Source: an uncultured Chloroflexia bacterium (GTDB taxonomy: Bacteria > Chloroflexota > Chloroflexia > Thermomicrobiales > UBA6265). Taken from it: a stretch of 64,000 nucleotides of DNA. Location: NCBI GenBank assembly GCA_963724295.1, contig CAVRUC010000013.1, forward strand, positions 224,001-288,000, read 5' to 3'. Position numbers and translations under genes: made by a program. How positions within the stretch are numbered: the stretch's first letter is position 1; every line of letters starts with the position of its first letter. The notes under the pieces were generated by a model, which was given only the letters and a program-made list of their open reading frames with translations, did not search any database and was not told the DNA's origin. Below, in pieces: positions 22,084 to 32,757 of this stretch.

Positions 22084-22216
22084 AGACGGCTAGACGGCTA
22101 GACGGCAAGGAAAGGTGTAAGTCGAAAGCCAGTAGCGCTACCCAATGTGCGTCAGGAGTGAGCGACGCCCGTGATAGCTCTACTGGCCGACTTGCCGTCT
22201 TGCTGTCTTGCCGTCT
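22084..22216. repeat. Inverted octamer repeats AGACGGCW x3 / TTGCYGTCT x3
   Basis: Units at 22084, 22092, 22100 and 22192-22216. Confidence 0.8.
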
Positions 22217-22235
22217 CACGTAAAGGCGGTGCGCT

Positions 22236-23261
22236 ATCGAGGACCAGGAGCAGGCTCTCGCCGGCGCTCCGAACGCAGCGACCGAGATCCGGTTCGACCA
22301 CGTCACCAAGCGGTTTGACAACGGGGACGAGGCGCGTCCCGCCATTGTCGACGTCTCGCTGACGATCGAGCCGGGTGAGCTCGTCGTCCTCATCGGCCCC
22401 TCCGGTTGCGGCAAAACGACGCTCCTCAAACTGATCAACCGCCTCTACGACCCGAGCAGCGGCGTCGTCTACATCGACGGGACCCCCTCCCAACAGCTCG
22501 AAGGGCCAGACCTGCGCCGTCACATGGGCTACGTCATCCAGCAGGGCGGTCTGTTTCCGCACTACACGGTTGCGGAGAACGTGGCCGTCGTCCCGGGTCT
22601 GCTGGGATGGGATAGAGCGCGCACCGCCGCTCGGGTGGACGAGCTGTTGCTGCTCGTCGGTCTGCCGCCGGCGGAGTACCGATCGCGGTATCCCTCGCAA
22701 CTCTCTGGAGGGCAGCAGCAGCGGGTCGGCATCGCGCGCGCCATCGCCGCGGGCCCAGGCACCCTGCTCATGGACGAGCCCTTCGGTGCGCTCGATGCCA
22801 TTACGCGCGGGCGCCTGCAGGTGGAGCTGCGGGAGCTCCATGAGCGCCTCGGGCAAACCATCGTCTTCGTCACACACGACATCGACGAGGCGGTATTGCT
22901 TGCCGATCGCGTCGCCGTGATGCGGGAAGGCAACGTCGTGCAATTCGATACGCCGGAGAGCGTGATCATGCGACCAGCCGATGGCTTCGTTGCCGAGCTG
23001 GTCGGTGCGGACGATCTCCTGCGCCGGCTGAGTCTCGTCAGCGCCGCCACGGCCATGGTTGCGCTCGAACCGGGGGACGCCGTCAGCCGTGAAGAACCCG
23101 CGATCGACCTCCCGATGCGGGTGCGTCCCGTGCTCAGCATCCTCCTCGAAACAGGCGCGTCGCGGGTGATCGTCCGCGACGCGGGAGAGCCGGTCGGCTA
23201 CCTCGATCTGCCGGCGATTCAAGCGGTGAGCATTCCCCACGTTGCCGGGAACCGGTTGTGA
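22236..23261 (+). CDS. Osmoprotectant ABC transporter ATP-binding protein (start codon uncertain)
   Basis: Walker A GPSGCGKTT lies in frame upstream of the listed ATG 22524; LSGGQQQR, LMDEPF, FVTHD. Confidence 0.88.
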   Translation: MEDQEQALAGAPNAATEIRFDHVTKRFDNGDEARPAIVDVSLTIEPGELVVLIGPSGCGKTTLLKLINRLYDPSSGVVYIDGTPSQQLEGPDLRRHMGYVIQQGGLFPHYTVAENVAVVPGLLGWDRARTAARVDELLLLVGLPPAEYRSRYPSQLSGGQQQRVGIARAIAAGPGTLLMDEPFGALDAITRGRLQVELRELHERLGQTIVFVTHDIDEAVLLADRVAVMREGNVVQFDTPESVIMRPADGFVAELVGADDLLRRLSLVSAATAMVALEPGDAVSREEPAIDLPMRVRPVLSILLETGASRVIVRDAGEPVGYLDLPAIQAVSIPHVAGNRL

Positions 23262-23893
23262 CGCTCGATTACCTCATCAATCGGCGGGATCGCGTCTGGG
23301 AGTTGACGCTACAGCACCTCAGCCTATCGGCAACCGCCATTCTGGTCGCGCTCCTCTTCGCCATCCCACTCGGCGTTCTTGCCGCCCGCAATGCGAGGAT
23401 CTCGACGCCGATGCTCGGCATCCTGGGCGCGATCTACACCATCCCCAGCCTCGCGTTCCTGGCCCTGCTGATCCCGAGTCTCGGCATTGGTCGCCGCCCC
23501 GCGATCGTCGTCCTGGCGGCCTACGCCCAGATCTTCCTGGTGCGGAACATCGCCACCGGACTGCGTGGGGTCGATCCGGCCACACTGGAGGCGGCTCTGG
23601 GACTCGGCATGACCCGCTGGCAGCAGTTCGCCCGGGTACGCTGGCCGCTGGCGTTGCCGGTGATCATTGCCGGCCTGCGCACGGCGTCGGTGACGACGAT
23701 CAGTCTGGCCACAGTCGCTGCCTGGATCGGGGCCGGCGGTCTGGGCACACTCCTCTTCGAGGGCATCACCCGCGACGACCCCAACCGTATCCTGGCCGGC
23801 GCCATCGCCATCACCGCGCTGGCGTTAGTGACCGACGCCATTCTTCGTTTCGCTGTGTCGATGACGGCCATCTCTCGGGCACGCCGCGCTTGA
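23258..23893 (+). CDS. Osmoprotectant ABC transporter permease
   Basis: IYTIPSLA, EAALGLGMT, GAGGLG; GTGA overlap with the ATPase. Confidence 0.9.
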   Translation: MTLDYLINRRDRVWELTLQHLSLSATAILVALLFAIPLGVLAARNARISTPMLGILGAIYTIPSLAFLALLIPSLGIGRRPAIVVLAAYAQIFLVRNIATGLRGVDPATLEAALGLGMTRWQQFARVRWPLALPVIIAGLRTASVTTISLATVAAWIGAGGLGTLLFEGITRDDPNRILAGAIAITALALVTDAILRFAVSMTAISRARRA

Positions 23894-24244
23894 ATACGAT
23901 CATGGCGTGAGAAGGTGATAGGTGATAGTGGGCGACGGTTCGTGCCGTCGTGTCCAATTGAGCCCTTGGGGGATTCCGAGTGAAGGGTACCGCAGATCCT
24001 GAACATCTGCTCATCATTCTCCGTGCTCCCACCTCGACAGGAGGGGTGCCATTGGGTCGCAATATGGGGTCAGGAAGACTAAATGCCCCACTCCCGGCTC
24101 GACGGACCGGATGTACTTCGGGTGATGATCGGATTGGGGAATCTACCTGCGCAACGCGAAAGCTTCATCCCCTTCCGTACAACTCGTCCCACAGCCGACA
24201 GGGGCAGTCTCCATGCCGCCTGCCTCTGTCATCCCATCAACCAG

Positions 24245-26140
24245 CTAATCTCCATCCAGCTCGCTGGGCGGCGACGCATTCTCGGTCGTATCCGCCCGTG
24301 GGCCATCGCCGTTCTTGCCATCGATCGATGGCGTTCCGACCGCCTGCTGAAGCGTCGCGCTGGCCTTACCGAGGATCTCTTTGACGCCGTCCGGCATGTT
24401 GTTCACGAGACCGTCTGCTAGATAGCCAAACTGCTGGCCGCGGAAAAAGCTTTCGGACATCTTCCGCACCGTTTCCGGGTCGCCCCAGACGGTCATCTTG
24501 GCGCTCGCCATTGCCGCGCCAAACGCCTGAGCCGCCGCAATGTGGATCTGCTTCTCAGCCTCAATGCGGGCCAGATCGACCTGCATCCCCCGGGCGATTG
24601 ACTCGAACTGCGCCTTGTTCTCCAGATCCTGGCGCTGCACGCCGACCCGCGCTTGCTCAACTTCGACCCGCTTCCGCTCGACATCGACCGGAACCATCTG
24701 CGCTGCCCGCTCGCCTTCGGCCTGGAGCGCCATCGCCTCTTTCTGCGCTTGTGCCAAGGTCAACCTCGCCGCCGCATCCTTGGCCGCGGCCGACTCAGCA
24801 CCTTCCGCTGCCTTGACCACGGCGTATGCCGCCACATCGGCCTGGACCTGCTCGCCGAGCCGCCGCCGTTCGAACTCCGCCTGTGCGTCGATGATCGCCT
24901 TCGCCTTATCTCGTTCCGCGGTCTGGGTGATCTCCACCGTGCGGACCGCCTGCCGCTCCGCCTCCAACTGCGCTTCGGCGGCAAAACGCATCGCCTCGGT
25001 CTCCGCCCGCTCGCGCTCTTTCGTTGCGATGGCGATCTCGTTCTCGCGCGTGGCCAGCTCGACCGTGCGGACTTTATCGATCTCGGCGACGCGAGCGGCG
25101 CGCTCACGCTGCTGGTTAGCGACCTCGAGCGTCTGAGTTTTCTCCACCTCGGCCACCTGCACCGACTCGTCGCGCTTGACTATGGCGACGCCAGCGAGAC
25201 GCGCCTGCTCCGCTGCGAAGGTGTCGGCCTCCTGCTGCGCCTGAGCACGGGTGATCTGGATATCACGGTCTTTTTGCGCCGCCGCGTTGGCGCGGGCCAC
25301 CTCCTGCGCGAAGACAAACTGGTCACGGGTGACATCCTGTTCGGTCACTCGCTGGTCGGCCTCGCGCTCGATCTGGTTGCGCTCAACACGTTGCCGCTGG
25401 GTGATCTCGGCGATGGTGCGCAGCCCCTGGGCATCGAAGACGTTGTCCTCACCGCGCATCGCCGTCGGCGGGGTCTGATCGAGGCGAGAGATGGTCACCG
25501 ATTCTAAGGTGAGCCCGTTGTGACGCAGATCCTTTTCGACGATGCTTTGCACTGCCGTAGCAAATTCGTCACGTTTTGTGTGCAGCTCATGCAACGTGCG
25601 CGTCGCCGCAACCGTGCGCAGCGCCGAGACGAGCTTCTGGTTAACCAGTTCCTTGACGCTCTCAGCGTTGACCGACCGCTCGCCGAGTGATGTCGCGGCG
25701 GCCAGGATGTCTTCCTTGATCTTCTGCACCTTAATGTAGAACTCGGCGGCGACATCTGCCCGCAGGTTGTCACCAGTGATCAATGCATCGTGCGCGGAAC
25801 GGTCCACATCGAGGCGCATCGTCTGCAACGAGACCGGGACGAGCTGGTGAACTACCGGGATGACCAGAGCGCCACCGTCGATGATTGGGTCCTGGCCACC
25901 CATCCCGGTGCGCACGAAGGCCTGGTCAGCCGAGGTTTTCACGTAGAGCCGCGTCACGGTGACGATAGCGGCGCCGACGAGCAGGAGGATCACGCCAAAC
26001 GCGACGAGGATCGTTTGCGTCGGGCCGCTAAGCGCGATGATCCCCAGGCCCGGGAGAAGCAGCGGTAGGAGAATGAAAACCAGCGCGATGAGAATCGCCG
26101 TAATGCCGAGCCCGGCCGCGCTGCCACGCTGTTGTGCCAT
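24245..26140 (-). CDS. Flotillin/SPFH-domain membrane protein (YqiK-like)
   Basis: N-terminal TMs, AFVRTGMGG, NGLTLESVTI, NVFDAQG, long Ala/Glu coiled coil; RBS GGAGG. Confidence 0.9.
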   Translation of the reverse strand: MAQQRGSAAGLGITAILIALVFILLPLLLPGLGIIALSGPTQTILVAFGVILLLVGAAIVTVTRLYVKTSADQAFVRTGMGGQDPIIDGGALVIPVVHQLVPVSLQTMRLDVDRSAHDALITGDNLRADVAAEFYIKVQKIKEDILAAATSLGERSVNAESVKELVNQKLVSALRTVAATRTLHELHTKRDEFATAVQSIVEKDLRHNGLTLESVTISRLDQTPPTAMRGEDNVFDAQGLRTIAEITQRQRVERNQIEREADQRVTEQDVTRDQFVFAQEVARANAAAQKDRDIQITRAQAQQEADTFAAEQARLAGVAIVKRDESVQVAEVEKTQTLEVANQQRERAARVAEIDKVRTVELATRENEIAIATKERERAETEAMRFAAEAQLEAERQAVRTVEITQTAERDKAKAIIDAQAEFERRRLGEQVQADVAAYAVVKAAEGAESAAAKDAAARLTLAQAQKEAMALQAEGERAAQMVPVDVERKRVEVEQARVGVQRQDLENKAQFESIARGMQVDLARIEAEKQIHIAAAQAFGAAMASAKMTVWGDPETVRKMSESFFRGQQFGYLADGLVNNMPDGVKEILGKASATLQQAVGTPSIDGKNGDGPRADTTENASPPSELDGD

Positions 26141-26154
26141 GACGAACCTCCTCG

Positions 26155-26895
26155 TTATCGGATGGGAAATTTGACCCGCTGGGGACCGATCACCTCGATC
26201 CCATTGATCGCATCGTCCTGAACCGCGAAGTAGGTCCCTGCACGTTCGTCGAACTGCCAGAGCACCACGCGCTCTCCTGCCGGAATTACCGATTCCCCGT
26301 GCATCACTCTGGCCGGCACCTCATGCATCGAGCCATATTCGTCATAGAGCTGGACAGTGCCGCTGGTCTCAGTCAGCGCGTAGCGCACGTCGGCGATGCG
26401 ACCCACGAGCTCTCGCGTCGACGCGCCATAGCTCTCGGTGGCAGGCATCAGCCGCCCCAGCCGCGCGGCGAAGAAGCGCGTCAACGTGCTGGCTCCCACC
26501 AGCGCGACGGCGAGCGATGGCCAGATGAAGAGCGCGGGCTCGGCGATGACACTCCCGAAGACTTGATTCGCCAGCCAGCCAAAGAACCCCCAGAGAAAGA
26601 GAAAGCTCATCAGCACCAACGACAGGGGAATGCGCCCGACACCGATCAGGCTCAACGCGCTGTGGAAGGGATCGCTGACGGAAGGCAAATGGTTTGGGAG
26701 ATCACCGGGATGAATCTCGATGTGGGCGCCATGACCTTCGATGTGTAGACCCGGATCGACGTCGAGGTTTACGTCCGCATCATGCCCCTCCGCCGGCAGC
26801 GCGCCCAGGGAAAGCAGCAGCAGGTAGAGCAACGCGGCCATCGCGGGCAGGAGAAAGATAAGATTCCACCACTGCAGGAGTTCCATGCTCCCCAT
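26155..26895 (-). CDS. YqiJ/NfeD-like membrane protein with C-terminal OB fold
   Basis: TMs, GVGRIPL motif, C-terminal beta domain, directly upstream of the flotillin gene. Confidence 0.8.
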   Translation of the reverse strand: MGSMELLQWWNLIFLLPAMAALLYLLLLSLGALPAEGHDADVNLDVDPGLHIEGHGAHIEIHPGDLPNHLPSVSDPFHSALSLIGVGRIPLSLVLMSFLFLWGFFGWLANQVFGSVIAEPALFIWPSLAVALVGASTLTRFFAARLGRLMPATESYGASTRELVGRIADVRYALTETSGTVQLYDEYGSMHEVPARVMHGESVIPAGERVVLWQFDERAGTYFAVQDDAINGIEVIGPQRVKFPIR

Positions 26896-27653
26896 CCCTC
26901 ACCATCCGTGTGGCTACACAGGGACTGTCACTCCAGAAAACGATGAACCTAGCCTGCGTGTTCCTGGACGACGCGGGGCGAAGTCCCAGTGTGCTTACAG
27001 ATCGAAAAATCGTCTACTGGTCATAACAGTTTATCGTGCCCGGTGCCGCGCATGCCATTGACGATGCTACAAGTGCCCCTGTACCCTCGGGCACATTGGA
27101 TCTAGAGAAGGCCACGTTCATATCGCTCTGTCATTGCCAGCCTCGGCGTCACCGCCTCGGCGCATAGCTTATGGCATGTTTCAAAACCTTCTTGGCGTTC
27201 TGCGGCGGACGTTGAGCCGGCTGCTAAGGTGTGTCCGCGAACGTCTGGGCAAGCCAGACACCGCCGTCCTGCCGAGCCACTGTGCCCAGGTTACGGTTCG
27301 CCAGTCCAGCGTCACACCTTCCGTGGCTGGTGCCGCGACCTACCGCATAGACTTTTCCGTCTCGTGGCCATTCTCGCCGCGGCCCACCCCGCAGTGCACC
27401 CGTACTCAGTACGGGGTTTGGTACGGGGCTTTTCAACACGCTTTTAGCCATGATGCACTCGATCAGCACGAGCGTATCCGTTCAATGCACAGATTCCTAC
27501 TGGCGTTACTGAGTGTGCTCGCGTGATGCCGTCATCGCCGGCAGGTTTCGTCTATGGGTTTGTGGGAAACGTCTGCTCCAAGCTCTGGAGAACACATCAG
27601 ACGACGGGGGAACGACGAACTCTCCGTTATCTCCCTGTACCCAATCACCCTCG

Positions 27654-29108
27654 TCACGTTCCCAACCGCCGCACGTGCAGCATATTCGTGCGGCCCGAGA
27701 CGTGGGTCATTGGCAATGATCCGGCAATGAGGGCGAACTCGCCTTCGGTCGCCAGCCCCTCCTCGATAATCTTCTTGCCCGCCACCCGGAAGAGATGGTC
27801 CGGGTTTTCCTCGACGGGGACCGCCGTGCCTCGCGTCCCCCACAGCAGGTTGAGCCGCCGGGCGATCTCGATATCCGCCGCCGCACCAATGAGCGCCGGC
27901 TTCGGCCGATACTTCGCCACCCGCCGCACCGAGGCGCCGGTCAGGGTGAAGACGACGATGTGCTCGACCGGCGCTTCATCCGCCAGCTCCCGGGCCGCGC
28001 GGGCGATAGCGTCGGCGATAACTAGCGTCGCATCGGATTGATCGGGTAGCGGCTGCAACGAGGCGCTGGTGCGGATCGGGCCGTCTCGCTCGGCCTCGCG
28101 AATGATGCGACCCATCGTGCGTACCGCTTCCACCGGGTACTGCCCGATCGCCGTTTCCGCCGAGAGCATCACCGCGTCCGTGCCGTCCCAGACGGCGTTG
28201 GCCACGTCGCTGGTTTCAGCGCGAGTCGCCACCGGCTGCGTGATCATCGACTCCAGCATCTGCGTGGCCGTGATCACCGGGATGGCAAAACTGTTGGCCA
28301 CCTTGATGATGTCCTTTTGGGCTCGGGGCACGCGCTCCGGCGGCATCTGCACACCGAGATCGCCACGCGCCACCATCAGCCCGTCGGCGCCCGCGGCGAT
28401 GCCGCGGACGTTGTCCAGCGCGTCAGGCCGCTCGATCTTGGCAATCAACGCCGGCGGCCGGGGGCTGTACCAACCGGCGACTTCGCGAGCAAAGCGGAGG
28501 TCGGCCGCGTCGGTGACGAACGAAAGGCCGATGAAATCGACCCCTTGCTCGACGCCCCAGCGCAAATCCTCGCGATCGACCTCCGTCAGCGAGCCACCCT
28601 TGATCATCGCCCCGGGAAGCGTGACCCCCTGGCGGCCGGGAATATGACCACCGCGGCCAACCTGGCAGGTGGCAACGTGATCCTCGATCTTCTCGACCAG
28701 CAGCTCGATGAGGCCGTCCGAGATCAGGACCCGGCTGCCTGGTTGAATGACGTCGAAAAGCTGGGCGTAGTCGATGCCAATTCGCTCCGGGGTGGTCGGC
28801 ACCGGGGTGTTGACGATCTCGACCGTGCCGCCTCGCGCGAACCCGACCTTCTCGTCACCCAGCACCGGGCCGGTACGGATCTTGAGACCGCGCAGATCGA
28901 ACAGGATCGGCACGAGCCGGCCAGCCTCTTCCGAGACGTTGCGCACGTCTTCCACCAGACGTGCACGATCCTCTGGCGAACCATGGGCGGCGTTGATGCG
29001 CACGACGTCGAGCCCGGCATCAAAAAGCTCGCGCAGCGTCTCGGGACTTCGCGATGCTGGTCCCAGCGTCGCGACGATCTTGACCCGTCGCTCGTCATAG
29101 ACGCCCAA
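27654..29108 (-). CDS. pyk: Pyruvate kinase
   Basis: KIVATLGPAS, IAKIE, MVARGDLG, TATQMLESM, DGTDAVMLSAETA; RBS GGAGG. Confidence 0.97.
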   Translation of the reverse strand: MGVYDERRVKIVATLGPASRSPETLRELFDAGLDVVRINAAHGSPEDRARLVEDVRNVSEEAGRLVPILFDLRGLKIRTGPVLGDEKVGFARGGTVEIVNTPVPTTPERIGIDYAQLFDVIQPGSRVLISDGLIELLVEKIEDHVATCQVGRGGHIPGRQGVTLPGAMIKGGSLTEVDREDLRWGVEQGVDFIGLSFVTDAADLRFAREVAGWYSPRPPALIAKIERPDALDNVRGIAAGADGLMVARGDLGVQMPPERVPRAQKDIIKVANSFAIPVITATQMLESMITQPVATRAETSDVANAVWDGTDAVMLSAETAIGQYPVEAVRTMGRIIREAERDGPIRTSASLQPLPDQSDATLVIADAIARAARELADEAPVEHIVVFTLTGASVRRVAKYRPKPALIGAAADIEIARRLNLLWGTRGTAVPVEENPDHLFRVAGKKIIEEGLATEGEFALIAGSLPMTHVSGRTNMLHVRRLGT

Positions 29109-29170
29109 GGTTCTCCACCTCCCCGACCGGCCACGGCATTGATCGCCACGATGGTAGCAGGGGGAAACGA

Positions 29171-29292
29171 GGGTGATGGGTGATTACTCGCTCCGCTCGT
29201 GGTGATAGGGTGGCTGGGGCTTCGTTCTCCCTGACACCCTGACACCCTGTTACCCCGCCACCCATCACCTATCACCCATCACCCATCACCCT
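29171..29292. repeat. Short tandem/inverted repeats (GGGTGAT/ATCACCC heptamers, CACCCTGA octamers)
   Basis: CATCACC x4 at about 29263-29290, CCCTGACA repeats, complementary units at 29171-29215. Confidence 0.75.
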
Positions 29293-29305
29293 GCTAGCTG
29301 GCGCG

Positions 29306-29764
29306 TCATTCCAACTCGACAGCGAGAAGGCGAGCGCCGGGCCCTTGCTTGCCAAGCATGTCATCGGGATTGAACAGCACACAGCGATCGAGCGAGAGAC
29401 AACCGCAGCCGATGCACCCGGATAGATCGTCACGCAAGCGGACGAGCTGCTCGATACGCCGGTCCAGATCGGTGCGCCAGAGTGCTGAAAGGCGCGCCCA
29501 ATCCTCGCGGCTGGGGGTTCTCCCCTCGGGCAACGTGTCGAGAGCGGCGCCGATCTCGGCAAGCGGAATACCGACCCGTTGCGAAACCCGGATGAACGCC
29601 ACCCGGCGCAACATCTCTCGTGCATAGCGACGTTGGTTACCCGGCGTGCGGCGGCTGCGAATGAGCCCTTGCCGTTCGTAAAAATGCAGTGCTGAGACGG
29701 CAACGCCGCTACGCTGCGCGAGTTGCGCCGGGGTTAACTCGCCACCGCTCCCGGTATGCCCCAT
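29306..29764 (-). CDS. soxR: Redox-sensitive transcriptional activator SoxR
   Basis: MerR HTH ([18 protein letters not shown]) and [2Fe-2S] motif [12 protein letters not shown]. Confidence 0.96.
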   Translation of the reverse strand: MGHTGSGGELTPAQLAQRSGVAVSALHFYERQGLIRSRRTPGNQRRYAREMLRRVAFIRVSQRVGIPLAEIGAALDTLPEGRTPSREDWARLSALWRTDLDRRIEQLVRLRDDLSGCIGCGCLSLDRCVLFNPDDMLGKQGPGARLLAVELE

Positions 29765-29782
29765 TGCCAAAACAACCTCCAC

Positions 29783-29813
29783 TTGACCTCAACATTAGTT
29801 GAGGTTGTAAAGT
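29783..29813 (+). promoter_or_regulatory. SoxR box in a MerR-type promoter with 19-bp spacer
   Basis: -35 TTGACC 29783-88, -10 TAAAGT 29808-13; palindrome ACCTCAAC-ATTA-GTTGAGGT 29786-29805 resembles the SoxR consensus CCTCAAGTTAACTTGAGG. Confidence 0.92.
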
Positions 29814-29951
29814 GGGTTCAAGGCGCTGGTCAAGCCGGCAGCCACTCTCAGGCTGCTCCGTCCGCGAAGATCCGTATTGTCAGACAAATGAGCGCAACGG
29901 CTCGAGAACAAGAGCAATGGAATAGCCCAAGTGGTCAATAGAGGAGACGCG

Positions 29952-30458
29952 ATGTCGCAAGAACACGCACCACCAGAACGAGCCGGAGCGGCCGACGCAT
30001 TCCGCGCCAATGAGCAGACCTGGAACGCCGACGTGATTGCCGAGTTCCGCGCCAACCATGGAGAGGTCGCTGCGCCATACGACGATCCACCGCCGATGCT
30101 GTTGATTCATACCGTCGGGGCAAAGAGTGGTCGTGAGCACATCGTGCCGATGAGGGGCATCCCTGAGGGTGACTCGCTCTACATTTTCGGCTCGGCCCAT
30201 GGCAACGACCGCAATCCGGACTGGTACTACAACCTCGTTGCCAACCCGGACATCCTGATCGAAAAAGGCGACGAAACCATTTCGGTCCGCGCCACCGAGG
30301 TGCATGGCGCGCATCGTGATCTCATCTTCAGCCGGCAGAAGGCGCGATTCCCGATATTCGCTGAGTACGAGCGCACGCTGGCTCGCACCATCCCGGTTAT
30401 CCGGCTCGACCCGCGCCAAGCACGGCACGGTGAAGAAGAAAGGAAGGAAGCAGGATGA
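29952..30458 (+). CDS. Deazaflavin (F420)-dependent nitroreductase/quinone reductase family (Ddn-like)
   Basis: NADVIAEFRANHG, LLIHTVGAKSG, PDWYYNLVANP, RTIPVIRL; RBS GAGGAG. Confidence 0.9.
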   Translation: MSQEHAPPERAGAADAFRANEQTWNADVIAEFRANHGEVAAPYDDPPPMLLIHTVGAKSGREHIVPMRGIPEGDSLYIFGSAHGNDRNPDWYYNLVANPDILIEKGDETISVRATEVHGAHRDLIFSRQKARFPIFAEYERTLARTIPVIRLDPRQARHGEEERKEAG

Positions 30459-30838
30459 ACGCTCAGCTCCTGGCATCGGTCGAGCGGGAGGTGCTCGCCT
30501 GGCCCGGCGTCAGCAAGCAGGAGTTCGCTGGTGGACGCGGTCAGGGTGGGTTCTTGGTTCCTCCCGCCACCCTGTTCCGGTTCGGTCGACGGGAGATCGG
30601 CCACCTCCATCATACGGGCGAGGCCGATCTCCCGTTCCCCCGCAAGACTTACGATGAACTGATCGCCACCGGTCGCGCGAAGCCGCACGCGGCCGGGTTC
30701 ATCGGAGTCGTCACCTACGTCGTTCGCGAGCCCAACGATGTGCCAGGGGTTATCGAGCTGTTCCGGATGAACTACGAGCGAGCGAAAGCCGTCGCACGAT
30801 CGAGACCAACACCGTCCGTCTCCTCGGCATCTGACTGA
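30455..30838 (+). CDS. DUF5519/luciferase-family-like small protein
   Basis: WPGV..GRREIGHLH..ADLPFP..PH pattern; ATGA overlap. Confidence 0.7.
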   Translation: MNAQLLASVEREVLAWPGVSKQEFAGGRGQGGFLVPPATLFRFGRREIGHLHHTGEADLPFPRKTYDELIATGRAKPHAAGFIGVVTYVVREPNDVPGVIELFRMNYERAKAVARSRPTPSVSSASD

Positions 30839-30857
30839 TTGAACACAGGAGGTCGTC

Positions 30858-32697
30858 ATGGCAACGATCGAGACCAGCATCGACGCCGGAACCGACGGCG
30901 CGGTCCTGGGGTCGAACGGACATCTCATCCGCGTTGGCCCGCGGGCAGAGCTACGCGGAGTGACTGTCGTCTCGGGAGGACGGCATGGGATCGCCGTTTT
31001 TCCCTCGTCTGTCTCCGAGGCAGTCTACGCCGTCGACAACCGCTGCCCGCACATGGGGTTCCCGCTGCACAAAGGGAGTGTGGCCGACGGCATTCTCACC
31101 TGCCATTGGCATCACGCTCGCTTCGATCTGGAGAGCGGGGGCACATTCGATCCCTGGGCCGACGACGTCCAAACCTATCCCACGGTCATCGAGGACGGTA
31201 TCGTCTACGTCGATGCGCGGCCGCATGGCGACAATCGCGTGACTCACGCCAAGGCACGGCTCTGGGACGGGCTGGAGCAGGATCTCAATCTGGTCGTCGT
31301 CAAGAACGTTCTCGCTGTTGCTCGAGGCCGACGTCCCTCCGGCCGAGATCCTGGCGATCGGCGGTCGCTTCGGCGCAACCTACCGGCGCGGCGGCTGGGC
31401 AGCCGGTTTGACGATTCACGCCGCGATGGGAAATCTCCTCGCGAAGCTGCACCCGGAGGACCAGGCGCTCGCGCTTTACCACGGCCTGGTCAACGTCGCC
31501 AGCGACTGCGCGGGGCAACCACCCCGCTTTGCGCTCGATCCCCTCCCAACGCGCGACATTCCCCCTACAGCCGATCGCCTGCAACGGTGGTTTCGCCGCT
31601 TCATCGACGTCCGCGACGCCGACGGCGCCGAGCGCGCACTCTTGACAGCGATCGCCTCTGATATGACGCCATCAGCCCTTGCCGACGTTCTGGCAAGCGC
31701 GGCGACCGACCATTTCTTCCTCGACGGTGGGCACACGCTCGACTTCGTCAACAAGGCGTGCGAGCTGCTGGACATGATCGGCTGGCAAGAGGCCACCACG
31801 ATCCTACCCAGCCTCGTGCCCGGGCTCGCGATGGCGCGGCGCTCGGAGGAGCTCAATTCCTGGCGGCACCCCGTCGATCTGGTGGCGCTGCTCGAACCAG
31901 AGTTTGCCCGGCTGCCTGACCTCTTCGCGGCGGCGGGCGGTGATCCGGCGTGGCGCGCCTCCGATGCGCTGACGGCGACACTGCTCGGCGACGATCCGGC
32001 GGCTATCGTGGCCGCACTCTCGGCGGCGCTGGCGGCGGGCGCATCACTCACCGCGGTCAGCCAGGCGGTGTGCTACGCGGCGGCGTTGCGGGTGGCGCGG
32101 TTCCACACCAGCAACGAGTTCTCCGACTGGATCACCGTGCTGCACACGTTCACCCACGCGAATGCCGTGCACCAACTCCTGCGCCGCTCGCCTTCTCCGG
32201 AGTTGCTGCGCGGCGTCTACCACGCGGCAATGCGGCTCTATCTCGACCGCTTCCTGAACATGCCAGCCGCCCGCTTACCGGAGGAGCGGCCGGGGAAGCT
32301 CGCCACATTGCCCACCGACGCCGGCGCTCTGCTCGTTGCATTGCGCGATCTCCTCGACCGGGAGCAGCAGATTGATACCGCCGGTCTCATCGTCCACCGG
32401 TACCTCTCCCTCGACTACGATCCCGACCCTTTGCTCGCCGAGCTCGGTCATTTGCTCCTGCGCGAGGATGGAGAGTTCCATTCCTACCAGATGCTCGAAG
32501 CCGGTGTGGCACTGCACAGCGAACTGACATCCGAGGATCCCGTGGCGGCGGATCGTGTCCTGGTCGCCGTGGCTCGCTATCTCGCGGCGCACGCTCCGAC
32601 GAGCCGGGCCATGCTGCAAACGGCGAAGACAGCGCGCCGGCTGCGCCGCGGTGAGGATCTGGCGGCCGAGTCTGCGGAGGAGGCAGAATCTGAGTAG
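30858..32697 (+). pseudogene. Rieske [2Fe-2S] domain fused to a large helical domain; +1 frameshift near 31316 (probably a sequencing indel)
   Basis: NRCPHMG...CHWH Rieske motif; removing one base in CTCGCTGTTG joins the ORFs as VKNVLALLEADV; RBS GGAGG. Confidence 0.82.
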
Positions 32698-32757
32698 GGC
32701 GAGTCGGGCGTTGCATTGTCACCATGAAACCACGCGACACAGCAAAGGACCCTGACA

